Below, one piece after another: positions 20,664 to 30,129 of a DNA stretch of 64,000 bases (position 1 is the stretch's first letter; each line of letters begins with the position of its first letter). This DNA comes from Elusimicrobiota bacterium (GTDB taxonomy: Bacteria; Elusimicrobiota; Endomicrobiia; Endomicrobiales; JBDRNC01). A program made the translations under genes and the position numbers. The stretch is from positions 92,687 to 156,686 of the forward strand of contig JBDRNC010000039.1 in assembly GCA_043811535.1 (NCBI GenBank), given 5' to 3'. Under the pieces are notes generated by a model. That model had not been told where the DNA came from. It worked only from the letters and a program-made list of their open reading frames with translations, and made no database searches.

Positions 20664-21543
20664 TAAAATATCCTTTTTCATTCAAAAATTCTTTTACCGC
20701 TTCCTGCCACGGCCTCATAGGCTTGAAACCGTTAAGTTCCCAGACATAATTCCGCATGCCCGAAAACCTGGGGCGGCCTGCCGGAAGCTTCAATTTTTCT
20801 ATTTTTATCTTTTTTACATTTTTATCCGGCAGTTTAAGCATTCCTGCTATTTCAAGCCCTATCGCGTATCTTGAAGCGAAACCGGAGTTGCATAAATGAT
20901 AGGTTCCGTAAAGATTCGTCTTTATAAGCTTTTCTATCGCATGCGACAGGTCTTTGGCGTATGTGGGCGAGCTGGTCATGTCAGACGCCGTTTTTACGGG
21001 TTTGCCGGATTTAAGCGCGTCGGCTATCTGGGTGACAAAGTTCGCGCGGAGGTGCCCAAAAAGCCACGAGGTGCGCACGATAAAGTGTTTATTCAGCAGT
21101 TCTTTAACGAAAAGCTCTCCGGCGTACTTGGAATCGCCGTACACGCTTATCGGACCGGGCCTGTCGAATTCGGTATAACCGGTTTTTGGGGGCCCGGTCC
21201 CGGAAAAAACATAATCCGTTGAGATATACAGCATTGCCGCGTCAAAACGCTGGCATGCCGCCGCTACGTTCCTTGTAGCAATGGCGTTGAGCTTGTACGC
21301 GAAATCAGGTTCCGTCTCGCATTGGTCAACATTGGTAACTGCCGCGGTATGGATGACGATATCGGGGTTGACTTTTATAATGGCATCGTATGTCGTCTTG
21401 CTGTCCGTAAGGTCAACTTTATAAACTTTGCGTCCTGACGGCGCGCTTTCTATATCAATACCCGTGACTTCATGGCTGGGCTCTAATACGCCCGCGAGTT
21501 CCGTCCCCAGCATCCCGTTTATTCCTGTAATAAGTATCTTCAT
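20656..21543 (-). CDS. rfbD: dTDP-4-dehydrorhamnose reductase
   Basis: GINGMLG, AAVTNVDQCE, ISTDYVF, YGDSK, RTSWLFG, SPTY. Confidence 0.92.
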   Translation of the reverse strand: MKILITGINGMLGTELAGVLEPSHEVTGIDIESAPSGRKVYKVDLTDSKTTYDAIIKVNPDIVIHTAAVTNVDQCETEPDFAYKLNAIATRNVAAACQRFDAAMLYISTDYVFSGTGPPKTGYTEFDRPGPISVYGDSKYAGELFVKELLNKHFIVRTSWLFGHLRANFVTQIADALKSGKPVKTASDMTSSPTYAKDLSHAIEKLIKTNLYGTYHLCNSGFASRYAIGLEIAGMLKLPDKNVKKIKIEKLKLPAGRPRFSGMRNYVWELNGFKPMRPWQEAVKEFLNEKGYFNA

Positions 21544-21555
21544 GTCGGTCGCTTT

Positions 21556-22560
21556 CTATACGCTAGTCTTATATTGTTTTTTGTAATAGGCCTTGAAGTG
21601 CCTGTCTTTCAGAATTTTCCACCACGCGCGGTTTTGCGCGTACCAATTCACCGTATACTCCATCAGTTCATTAAAATTGCGCGAAGGCCTGTAGCCCAGC
21701 TCTTTCATTATCTTTGAGTAGTCAAGCGAATAACGCCTGTCGTGTCCGGGCCTGTCTGCGACGCGCTTTATAAGCTCTTTCCCCCTTCCGGTGAATTTGA
21801 GTATAAAATTCGTGAGTTCAAGGTTGTTTATCTCGTTGCCGCCGCCGATATTGTAAATTTCGCCTATCCTGCCTTTGCGGAGCACAAGGTCTATCGCCTT
21901 GCAGTGGTCAATAACATAGAGCCAGTCGCGGACATTCCTGCCGTCGCCGTAAAGCGGCAAGCGCTTATTCTCAAGCGCGTTCGTCACGAAAAGAGGGATG
22001 ACTTTCTCGGGGAATTGGTAAGGGCCGAAATTATTTGAAGCGCGCGTGATGATGACGGGGACTTTGTGCGTTACAAAATATGACCTGGCAAGGAGGTCGC
22101 CGCCGGCTTTTGAAGATGAATACGGACTGTTAGGCGAAAGAGGCGATTTCTCGGTAAAGGAACCTTTCCTGATGCTGCCGTAAACCTCGTCGGTGGAAAT
22201 CTGGATGTATCTTTTGGTCCCGTGTTTTTTCGCGGCTTCAAGCAGGGTATGGGTTCCGAAAACGTCGGTCTTTATGAAAGAACCAGATTCCATAATCGAG
22301 CGGTCAACGTGGGTTTCGGCGGCGAAATTAATGACGGCGTCAACCCGCGGGACCAGCCTGTCAACAAGTTTATGATCGCAGATGTCGCCTTTTACGAATT
22401 TATAGCGTGAGTATTTCTCTATATCGCGAAGGTTGTCGAGGTTGCCGGCGTAGGTAAGTTTATCGAGGTTTATCACCTTGTAGCTGCCGTGCGTATTCAG
22501 GATATATCTGATAAAATTGGAGCCGATGAATCCGGCCCCTCCCGTGACTAATATGCGCAT
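21556..22560 (-). CDS. rfbB: dTDP-glucose 4,6-dehydratase
   Basis: [51 protein letters not shown]. Confidence 0.95.
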   Translation of the reverse strand: MRILVTGGAGFIGSNFIRYILNTHGSYKVINLDKLTYAGNLDNLRDIEKYSRYKFVKGDICDHKLVDRLVPRVDAVINFAAETHVDRSIMESGSFIKTDVFGTHTLLEAAKKHGTKRYIQISTDEVYGSIRKGSFTEKSPLSPNSPYSSSKAGGDLLARSYFVTHKVPVIITRASNNFGPYQFPEKVIPLFVTNALENKRLPLYGDGRNVRDWLYVIDHCKAIDLVLRKGRIGEIYNIGGGNEINNLELTNFILKFTGRGKELIKRVADRPGHDRRYSLDYSKIMKELGYRPSRNFNELMEYTVNWYAQNRAWWKILKDRHFKAYYKKQYKTSV

Positions 22561-22577
22561 CTATAACCCTCTTATAC

Positions 22578-22652
22578 AGAACTGGTACGGCAGAACTGAT
22601 ACAACAGAACCGGCACGAAGTGTCATCCCCGAACGCTTAAATCGGGGATCCA
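22578..22652. repeat. CAGAAC-based ~13-nt tandem units followed by a REP-like hairpin
   Basis: cagaactggtacggcagaactgatacaacagaacc, then gtcATCCCCGAacgcttaaaTCGGGGATcca. Confidence 0.75.
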
Positions 22653-22684
22653 AGTATTGTTGCAGCAAAACAGCAAAGAAAGAC

Positions 22685-23614
22685 CTAAGAATTAGCTAAC
22701 CAGTTATAGGTTTTCAGCATCCCTTCGTCAAATCCGACGGCGGGTCTGTATTTCAACAACCTTTTTGCTTTCGAAATGTCGGCCTTCGTTTTTCTTACGT
22801 CGCCTGGCCGCGGAGGAGTATGGATGACCTTAATCTGTTTGCCGGTTATTCTCCTCAATGCCCGTATTATATCCATCACTGAACAGCTGCTGCCGCAGGC
22901 TATGTTAAAGATTTCGCCGCTTATTCCGGGAGTCAGGACCGCGAGTATGTTTGCCCTGACCACGTTGTCTATGTAGGTAAAATCGCGAGACTGGTTGCCG
23001 TCGCCGTGTACGATAATATTTTCGCCTTTTATCGCCGACCGGATGAATTTGGGTATTACAGCGGCGTATTTGGACTTCGGGTCCTGATTGGGTCCGAAGA
23101 CGTTGAAATATCTCAATGATACCGTCTGAAGGCCGTAGGTCTTGGCGAAAACACTGCAATAGTTTTCCGCTGCCAGTTTCGACACGGCATAAGGCGATAT
23201 CGGGCTTGTCCTGTGAGTTTCTTTCTGAGGTATGAACTTGCTGTCGCCGTAAACCGAGGATGAAGAGGCGTAGACGACTCTTTTTACGCCGGCGTGTTTT
23301 GCGGCCAAAAGGAGTTTCAGCGTCCCTTCGACGTTTACTTCGTTGGTGCTTCCCGGGTCGTCCACCGAGCGCGGAACGCTGCGAAGAGCCGCCTGATGCA
23401 TGACGAAATCAACGCCTTTCATCGCTTTTTTAAGATCGGCTTCCCTGAGAATATCCCCTTTCACCAATTCTATTTTTTTGAGGAACGGTTTCAGGTTATT
23501 GATATTGCCGGTGGAAAAATTATCAAGCACACGGACCTTGTGCCCGCGTTTTAACAGCGTTTCCGTTATGTTAGAACCTATGAAACCTGCGCCGCCAGTC
23601 ACCAAGAATCTCAT
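22685..23614 (-). CDS. NAD-dependent epimerase, UDP-GlcNAc 4-epimerase (WbpP/TviC-like)
   Basis: HQAALRSVPRSVDDP, YASSSSVYGD, SPYAVSK, LRYFNVFGPNQDP, YAAVIP. Confidence 0.85.
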   Translation of the reverse strand: MRFLVTGGAGFIGSNITETLLKRGHKVRVLDNFSTGNINNLKPFLKKIELVKGDILREADLKKAMKGVDFVMHQAALRSVPRSVDDPGSTNEVNVEGTLKLLLAAKHAGVKRVVYASSSSVYGDSKFIPQKETHRTSPISPYAVSKLAAENYCSVFAKTYGLQTVSLRYFNVFGPNQDPKSKYAAVIPKFIRSAIKGENIIVHGDGNQSRDFTYIDNVVRANILAVLTPGISGEIFNIACGSSCSVMDIIRALRRITGKQIKVIHTPPRPGDVRKTKADISKAKRLLKYRPAVGFDEGMLKTYNWLANS

Positions 23615-23619
23615 AAAAG

Positions 23620-24075
23620 TTATCTGTCCTTCCTTGCCCAGTCGTAAGGGATCTTCTTTGTGTGCGCGGGAAGACGGTATTCGTCGGGCTGTTTGTAGTT
23701 AAAAAGCTCCGTGGGCACGTTCAATATAACCGCTTCCTTTTCGCTCACGCATTTGAATCCGTGATAGACAAGTTTAGGTATCTGCACGAGCGCGGGATTC
23801 TGTTCGCCTATGAAAAATTCGTTGACCTCGCCTTTTGTCTTGGAGCCGCGCCTGTCGTCGTAAAGGACTACCTTCATCATGCCCCTGATGCATATGAAAG
23901 AATCTGTCTGTTTTTTGTGGTAATGCCATGCCTTGACAACGCCTGGATAAGCCGTGGTCATATATACCTGCCCGAACCGTATAAATTCCGGCCAGTCCGA
24001 ACGCAATAACTCCATAAGCCTGCCGCGCTCGTCGCAAAGCGGCTTAAGTTGTTTTACTTTCACTCCGTCAATCAT
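23620..24075 (-). CDS. rfbC: dTDP-4-dehydrorhamnose 3,5-epimerase family cupin
   Basis: MIDGV...DERG...GVVKAWHYH...D.R.GS.T...HGF. Start reassigned to 24075 (RBS GGAG). Confidence 0.85.
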   Translation of the reverse strand: MIDGVKVKQLKPLCDERGRLMELLRSDWPEFIRFGQVYMTTAYPGVVKAWHYHKKQTDSFICIRGMMKVVLYDDRRGSKTKGEVNEFFIGEQNPALVQIPKLVYHGFKCVSEKEAVILNVPTELFNYKQPDEYRLPAHTKKIPYDWARKDR

Positions 24076-24092
24076 ATAGTATCTCCGATACT

Positions 24093-24186
24093 TGATTACA
24101 CAGATTTTATACAAAGATTACACCGATTTACGACAGATTACACGGATATGTAATCTGTGTAATCTATTTAATAATCCGTGAAATCG
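24093..24186. repeat. intergenic GATTACAC / AATCTGTGTAATC inverted-repeat array
   Basis: gattacacagatt...gattacaccgatt...gattacacggat followed by aatctgtgtaatc...aatccgtgaaatc. Confidence 0.8.
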
Positions 24187-24188
24187 TT

Positions 24189-25250
24189 TTATATTATTTC
24201 GACTTTTGAAGAATCGCCGACCATTATGCGGTATGCGGCCGGTTTCTTCTTTGTCTTGTGCAACTGCACGTTTTGCCCTATGAGGGAGTCTTCAAGCCTT
24301 TTTATATCTATTATTTCAGAATTCTCAAGTATGATGGAATGTTCGATTTCGCTGCCTTCAACCTTGCACCCGTAGTATATCGACGTGTACGGCCCGATGT
24401 AGGAATCCGCGACCTTTGTGTTTTCGCCGATTATTGCCGGGCCGCGAATAGAGCTGTTTTTAATGTCGGCGCCTTTTTCTATCACTACATTACCTTCTAT
24501 CTTCGTGGCGGCGTCAATTTTTCCCAGGATGGATTTTTCCCTGGTTTCAAGAATCAGCCTGTTAGCTTCAAGCATGTCTTCCAGTTTTCCAGTATCTTTC
24601 CACCAGCCTTTTACGATATGGGGCCGGACTTTGAAATTATTGTCTATGAGCCACTGTATAGCGTCGGTTATCTCAAGCTCGCCGCGCTGTGAGGGTTTAA
24701 TGCTGTTGACGGCTTTCATGATGTTCTTGTCGAACATGTAAACGCCGACTAAAGCGAGATCGCTTTTGGGTTTTTTGGGTTTTTCCTCAAGGTTTACAAC
24801 CACATTGCCTTTAAGCTCGGCGACCCCGAAGTGCTCGGGATGAGAGACTTTCGCGAGGAGTATCTGGGCGTTAGGTTTAATGGCGGAGAATTCATCGGCA
24901 AGCGCTTTTATCCCGTCCTTTATGAGGTTGTCGCCAAGATACATGACGAAATCATCATTGTTGATGAAACTCTCGGATATCTTGACGGCATGCGCGAGCC
25001 CCAGCGGGGCTTCCTGTTCTATGTAAGTTACCTTGATGCCCCATTTTGAACCGTCGCCTACGGCGCCCTTTATTTCGTTTTTTGTGTCACCAACAACGAT
25101 GCCGACTTCTACGATGCCGGCCAGGGCGATGGCTTCAAGGCCGTAGAACAGGATGGGCTTGTTCGCGATGGGAACGAGTTGTTTTGCCGAGGTATGCGTG
25201 ATGGGCCGGAGGCGGGTTCCTTTTCCGCCCGAAAGAACCAGTGCTTTCAC
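24189..25250 (-). CDS. rfbA: glucose-1-phosphate thymidylyltransferase, long form
   Basis: GGKGTRLRPITHTSAKQLVP, PLGLAHA, YLGDN, EEKP, RGELEITDA, WWKDTG and a C-terminal left-handed beta-helix. Confidence 0.9.
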   Translation of the reverse strand: MKALVLSGGKGTRLRPITHTSAKQLVPIANKPILFYGLEAIALAGIVEVGIVVGDTKNEIKGAVGDGSKWGIKVTYIEQEAPLGLAHAVKISESFINNDDFVMYLGDNLIKDGIKALADEFSAIKPNAQILLAKVSHPEHFGVAELKGNVVVNLEEKPKKPKSDLALVGVYMFDKNIMKAVNSIKPSQRGELEITDAIQWLIDNNFKVRPHIVKGWWKDTGKLEDMLEANRLILETREKSILGKIDAATKIEGNVVIEKGADIKNSSIRGPAIIGENTKVADSYIGPYTSIYYGCKVEGSEIEHSIILENSEIIDIKRLEDSLIGQNVQLHKTKKKPAAYRIMVGDSSKVEII

Positions 25251-25264
25251 CGTGCTTCTCCTGT

Positions 25265-26218
25265 TCAGACTTTGGCGCGCCAGTAATTCAAGAGATCTTC
25301 CATGGTTTTTTCAAACGGGATCTCGGGTTTCCATCCGGTGGCTTTGCAGAACTTCGTATTGTCTCCCAGAAGTATCTCAACGTCGGAAGGCCTCATGCGG
25401 TCGGGGTCCTGTTTCACCTCAACCTTTACTTTTGAATATGAAAGAAGTATCTCAAGAACTTTCTTTATCGCGAAATCCTTGCCCGAGCAGATGTTGTAGA
25501 CCTCTCCGGGTTCGCATTTTTCCGTTGAAAGCCAGTATGCCTTTACCATATCCCTGACGTCCGTGTAATCCCTGCGGGCGTCAAGATTCCCCACGTAAAT
25601 AACGGGTTCCTGTTTATTTTTCTCTATTTTGGCGATCTGTTTCGCGAAATTGCTTTCAACGAAGACCTCCCCTCTTCTGGGTCCGGTGTGGTTGAATCCC
25701 CGTGTCCTTATTATTTTCATCTTATATGACTGGGCGTACTGGTAACCGAGCAGGTCCTGCCCGACTTTGGAGACACCGTACGGTGAAAGGGGTCTTAATG
25801 GATTAGTCTCTTTAATGGGCGTTTCCTCGGGATAAACCATGCCGTATTCTTCGGAAGAGCCCGCGAGTTGTATCCACGGGTTTATTCCCACTTCCCTTAC
25901 CGCTTCAAATATGTTCAATTCACCGATGATGTTCGTGGTCAAGGTTTCGGCCGGCGCGTGCCATGAGGTCGGAACGAAACTTTGCGCCGCGAGATGGAAT
26001 ATCTTGTCCGGTTTGACTTTCCGGATAGCCGATTCCACCGAAGTTGCGTCGCGCATATCGCATTCAATTATTTTTACCTTGTCTTCAATATCCCTGATAT
26101 TTTCCTTGTTTGAGCGCCAGCGGTCGAAACCCCACACCTCGATGTCTTTTTTAGAGAGCAGGTATTCAGCCAAGTGGCTCCCCACAAATCCTGTGATTCC
26201 GGTTATTAAGGCTTTCAT
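25265..26218 (-). CDS. GDP-mannose 4,6-dehydratase / GDP-4-keto-6-deoxymannose reductase (Rmd-like) SDR
   Basis: GITGFVGSH, HLAAQSFV, GSSEEYG, SPYGVSK, FNHTGPRRG, GNLDARRD. Confidence 0.82.
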   Translation of the reverse strand: MKALITGITGFVGSHLAEYLLSKKDIEVWGFDRWRSNKENIRDIEDKVKIIECDMRDATSVESAIRKVKPDKIFHLAAQSFVPTSWHAPAETLTTNIIGELNIFEAVREVGINPWIQLAGSSEEYGMVYPEETPIKETNPLRPLSPYGVSKVGQDLLGYQYAQSYKMKIIRTRGFNHTGPRRGEVFVESNFAKQIAKIEKNKQEPVIYVGNLDARRDYTDVRDMVKAYWLSTEKCEPGEVYNICSGKDFAIKKVLEILLSYSKVKVEVKQDPDRMRPSDVEILLGDNTKFCKATGWKPEIPFEKTMEDLLNYWRAKV

Positions 26219-26883
26219 TTTTTGTTTTTTCTCCTTTCAGAATAAAATGAAGCCAGCGTTGTCACCAGAAGCATTATGATAAATAATGTGGACGTTCTCA
26301 GCCTTTTTTCGGGTTTTACCGGGGAATTATCAATTATCGGAGGTATCGCGATCCTCGTGGGGAAAGACCTGAACTCACTTAGACCGCTGCTTAAAGGCAC
26401 CGGCCTTATCATTTCCTTCACGAACTTGACGGCTTTTCCGAGATTTTCCTGCGACAATTCGTGCAGGTTGTGGTGACGGTCAATAATTATATCCGCGGAT
26501 GCCTGAACGATTTGCGCGGCTTTTTCGGGAGATTCATCGCGCGCTACGATCTTAAGAAGGCCGAAAACGTCAAAGTATTTTACTTCCAGGCCCTTATTCG
26601 TGTTTTTCGGCATGTTCACTTTACTTTTGATTTCTTCTATCATGGGCGCTGATTTCATTATTTCATTTATCACATAAACACTCTCGATTTGTTTATCGCC
26701 GTCAAATCCAATTTTAAGCAACGCGTAGGATTCATATTGTTTTGGGAGTGAAATACTGATTAAAAAATAGACAGTTGAAACCAAAACGCTCGTTCCCAGA
26801 ATGAATTTCCAGTAATTTGCAAGCATTTTGCCGATATCCTGAAAACTTATTTCTTTTTCATCTTGTTCCAGCTGGTGTTCCAT
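26215..26883 (-). CDS. Wzz/CapA-like polysaccharide chain-length regulator
   Basis: EKEISFQDI..ML...WK, N-terminal TM, PKQYES, Pro-rich SPVKP before the C-terminal TM. Confidence 0.75.
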   Translation of the reverse strand: MEHQLEQDEKEISFQDIGKMLANYWKFILGTSVLVSTVYFLISISLPKQYESYALLKIGFDGDKQIESVYVINEIMKSAPMIEEIKSKVNMPKNTNKGLEVKYFDVFGLLKIVARDESPEKAAQIVQASADIIIDRHHNLHELSQENLGKAVKFVKEMIRPVPLSSGLSEFRSFPTRIAIPPIIDNSPVKPEKRLRTSTLFIIMLLVTTLASFYSERRKNKK

Positions 26884-26918
26884 CTGAACCTCCGGTAATC
26901 TTTTAACATATTTTTTAT

Positions 26919-26947
26919 ATATTACAAAAAAATGAACGTAAAATCAA
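26919..26947 (-). promoter_or_regulatory. putative sigma70 promoter for the wzz-led glycan operon
   Basis: Minus strand TTGATT, 17 nt, TAATAT upstream of the GGAGG RBS of wzz. Confidence 0.5.
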
Positions 26948-26956
26948 GCAACAAAG

Positions 26957-29086
26957 CTATTCCCTCCAGGGGTAGAATTCCTGCTCTTTTTGTTTGTTAT
27001 AAATCTTTTTTCGCGTTTCAGTTGATGCTTTCAATCCGATCTGGAAAAAGACCTCTATGACTTCGGACACTCTCCTGTAGGTTGTGCCGATTTCCCAGCA
27101 ATGGAGGTCGCGGTATAGTTTTGCTTCATAAAATGTCGTTCTGGTTTCGGCGAAATTATTGAGCGTGGATGTCCTGCTGTTGAAATCCAGTTTCCATTTT
27201 GACGTCGGCCAGAACCCGAAACCGACGTTGAAATCGTATTGTCCGGGCAGCGCGGACTGGTAAAAGAATCCCAGATTCAGGTACCGGGTTTCCGGCATAC
27301 CCATTTGAGTCATTGCCTGGAAAGATTTTAAGTAGTGGTTGGGATACAATCCGGATTCCTCCCTGACATAAATGGACATCGCTCTTCCGGGTGACCAGGT
27401 AAGCTCGTTGACGAGCGGATTGAGTTTCTCCCTCCAATCAACTACAGTTTCGTTGCGCGCCACCCTGAAATCATAACCCGTGGAATTCCTTAAGGTCATG
27501 TTGCGGAGCAGGTACATGGAGTTCCTAAAATACACCTGCTTGGACTCTTCGCCGTAGTCGCTGGCTTCTGTGTCCGGAAAAATCGTGTTAACGGCGGTCC
27601 TGACCTTGTAGTTGTAACCGTAATCCCAATCCATCCAGCGTAGCAGCCTGTACCTGATGTTGAGGTCGTTGTAATACCGCGTGATGAAAATGGGCGCGAA
27701 ATCGGTCTTAGAGGTCCTGTTCGCCCAGTACTCGCTGATTCCGAATCTCGGCGTAAGCGTTGTTTTGCGGGTCAGGCGGTAGTCTTTTGTGAGATTGTAG
27801 TCCGCATTCGCGTCAATAAGGTAGTAATCGTTGCTTTTCGTGTATTGGTTCTGAATCCACGCGGAAAAGTTCGTGTAAAACGGGAAAAGCCCTTTTTTCG
27901 TGTACATCGTGTAGTCCACGCGCGGTATGGTTAGGCGTTCCATAACGAAGCCGTTTGTCGTGGTGTCATAATTATCCTGGCGTTCGGTCGTCAATCTGAG
28001 ATTCGACCCCGATGTTTGGCGCGTGAATGACAGGTGTGAGTTTAACTGGATATCCTTTCTTTCCCAGTTATCAAGCGAATAGACGCTGTTGAACGAGGTA
28101 TCGCTCATATAATTTAACTGGAGCTGTGCAGTCCACAGAAGATTCAGCCGCTGCCAGTATCCTCCGCGCATCGTCCATCTTTCATTCTCGGTGGTCTTTT
28201 CCTTGATGTGGTATCCGTAAATCGAGGCCTTAACCTTATTGTCGATAAAATAATTATATTCCGCGCCTTTTCCCCATCCGCGTTTGCTGAAGTAGTCAAT
28301 GTAGAGTTTACCGTAGGAGTGCTCCGACAAAGGATAACCGATTATAGTTTTCAATATAAACCCGTCTTCGCTGTTGTATCCGGGCTGGACCTCGACGCTA
28401 AGCTTGGAGCCCCTCAATGATGAAACGTAGACAGGCGAATAAAAGACGGGTACGCCCTGCACGTAAAAGACCGGGTTGTAAACGATCACTTTCTCTTTCA
28501 TTATCACCTTGGCGCGGTTTGACCGTATATAATAATGGGGTTTCTTAAGGTCGCATGTGGTCATCCTGATACTTTGAGCGTTAAAAGCATTTTCTCCCAC
28601 GCTGAGGAATTTCTTGGAATGGAAATACCACGGCTCCATGATCCCCGATGTGTTATAAAGAGTCCCGGTGCTTGCCTGGAAATCGTAATCCATGCTGTCG
28701 CATATCATCAGGCTGTCCGTAGACCTAAGTATCACGTCGGTATCCGCATACATGCGGTCCTCTTCCATCCAGAATTTCACGTTTTTCGCGGTCAGCACTT
28801 TGCCTTCCCATGCCACGGTGACGCTGCCGGTCGCTGTCATGTATTTTTGGGCTTCATCGTATTCCATGAAATCCGCCTGGATGTCGATTTCCGAGGTCTT
28901 AGACTCTTCCGCAACCTGATTTTTAGCAGTACCGGAGCTTGGATTTATCTGAGCGGCGGCATTGCTTATCGGAAGACTCCGGACTTCCGCGCGCAAATCC
29001 GCACAGCCCAATAACAAAAACAAGCATGTTGCGGCCATGCTTGATCGTGGAAAGATATCGATAAAGATGCGTTCGTATCTCGTCAT
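26957..29086 (-). CDS. LptD-like outer-membrane LPS assembly protein
   Basis: N-terminal OstA-like region (IQADFMEYD, ATGSV), TTC...PHY, GVPVFYSP, PGYNSEDG, beta-barrel, C-terminal RDLHCWE. Confidence 0.8.
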   Translation of the reverse strand: MTRYERIFIDIFPRSSMAATCLFLLLGCADLRAEVRSLPISNAAAQINPSSGTAKNQVAEESKTSEIDIQADFMEYDEAQKYMTATGSVTVAWEGKVLTAKNVKFWMEEDRMYADTDVILRSTDSLMICDSMDYDFQASTGTLYNTSGIMEPWYFHSKKFLSVGENAFNAQSIRMTTCDLKKPHYYIRSNRAKVIMKEKVIVYNPVFYVQGVPVFYSPVYVSSLRGSKLSVEVQPGYNSEDGFILKTIIGYPLSEHSYGKLYIDYFSKRGWGKGAEYNYFIDNKVKASIYGYHIKEKTTENERWTMRGGYWQRLNLLWTAQLQLNYMSDTSFNSVYSLDNWERKDIQLNSHLSFTRQTSGSNLRLTTERQDNYDTTTNGFVMERLTIPRVDYTMYTKKGLFPFYTNFSAWIQNQYTKSNDYYLIDANADYNLTKDYRLTRKTTLTPRFGISEYWANRTSKTDFAPIFITRYYNDLNIRYRLLRWMDWDYGYNYKVRTAVNTIFPDTEASDYGEESKQVYFRNSMYLLRNMTLRNSTGYDFRVARNETVVDWREKLNPLVNELTWSPGRAMSIYVREESGLYPNHYLKSFQAMTQMGMPETRYLNLGFFYQSALPGQYDFNVGFGFWPTSKWKLDFNSRTSTLNNFAETRTTFYEAKLYRDLHCWEIGTTYRRVSEVIEVFFQIGLKASTETRKKIYNKQKEQEFYPWRE

Positions 29087-29108
29087 ATAAGATGATCGGA
29101 AAAAACAG

Positions 29109-29175
29109 AGAGATTCTTCGCTCGGACGACGCGGGTTCAGGATGACTTCGTCGAATACAGCTTCGCCGAAGTCAT
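29109..29175. repeat. REP-like hairpin elements between the ROK gene and lptD
   Basis: gagattcttcg...tcaggatgac overlapping the inverted repeat atgacttcg (29142-29150) / cgaagtcat (29167-29175). Confidence 0.55.
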
Positions 29176-30107
29176 TTTGCCATTAGGGCGGCACCGACGA
29201 CTCCGAGTTTCTGTGTGTATTTTGATATGACTATCCTGCAGGCCTTGGCCGGCGTTTCATAGGCCCGCGCGAGAATCGCCTTTTTCAGCGGTTTTATCAG
29301 CAAATCGCCGGCACGGCTTACTCCTCCGGCGAGAACTATCATCTCCGGGTTCAAAAGATTGATTACAGACGCCAATACTATCCCCAGCCGTTCGCCCGCT
29401 GTTTCCCATATCTTTTTGGCATGCCTGTCGCCGAGTATCGCGGCCTGCTCCAGAATTTCCGGTGTAATTTTGTTCAGGTCTCCGTTTACTAATTTCTTGA
29501 TTATCCTGCTTTTCCCTTTTATAACGGCTTCCCTTCCCTGCTCGCTCAACCGCGGCGCGCCGATATACCTTTCAATACAGCCATGGCTCCCGCAGTTGCA
29601 TTTCGGGCCGTGCGGATTTATGGTGACATGGCCTATCTCTCCCGCGGAACCGGTAGCTCCGATATATAGTTTCCCGTCGCAAATAAGGCCTCCGCCGACG
29701 CCTGTGCCCAGGGTTACGCAAAGCATGTTCCTTGCCTTCCCTTTTGATTCAAGCCAGTACGCGCCGAGCGCGGCAACATTGGCGTCGTTGTCTATCCTGA
29801 TTCTTTTTTTCAAGGACTTCGCGAGCATGTCCCTGAACATTACGTTTTTCCATCCAAGGTTGGGCGAAAACCTTACAACGCCTGTTTTCTGGTCGATATC
29901 TCCGGCGGCTCCTATGCCGATTCCTTTGGTTCTTGAATAATGCTTCAATTTTTTGACATGATGGCTTATCTGCTGAGCTATCTTTTTCGGGTCACATGGG
30001 CTGGAACTTGGGAAACCCGAGTGTTCTATTATTGTACCTTTCTCGTCAACAACGGCGATTTTTACGCCAGTCCCGCCAAGATCAATTCCGACATAGAAGT
30101 TTTTCAT
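29172..30107 (-). CDS. ROK family sugar kinase (glucokinase-like)
   Basis: GIDLGGT, DNDANVAALG, TLGTGVGGG, AGEIGH, CNCGSHGCIE. Confidence 0.9.
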   Translation of the reverse strand: MKNFYVGIDLGGTGVKIAVVDEKGTIIEHSGFPSSSPCDPKKIAQQISHHVKKLKHYSRTKGIGIGAAGDIDQKTGVVRFSPNLGWKNVMFRDMLAKSLKKRIRIDNDANVAALGAYWLESKGKARNMLCVTLGTGVGGGLICDGKLYIGATGSAGEIGHVTINPHGPKCNCGSHGCIERYIGAPRLSEQGREAVIKGKSRIIKKLVNGDLNKITPEILEQAAILGDRHAKKIWETAGERLGIVLASVINLLNPEMIVLAGGVSRAGDLLIKPLKKAILARAYETPAKACRIVISKYTQKLGVVGAALMAK

Positions 30108-30129
30108 GAATATAGTCCTTTCGATTAGG

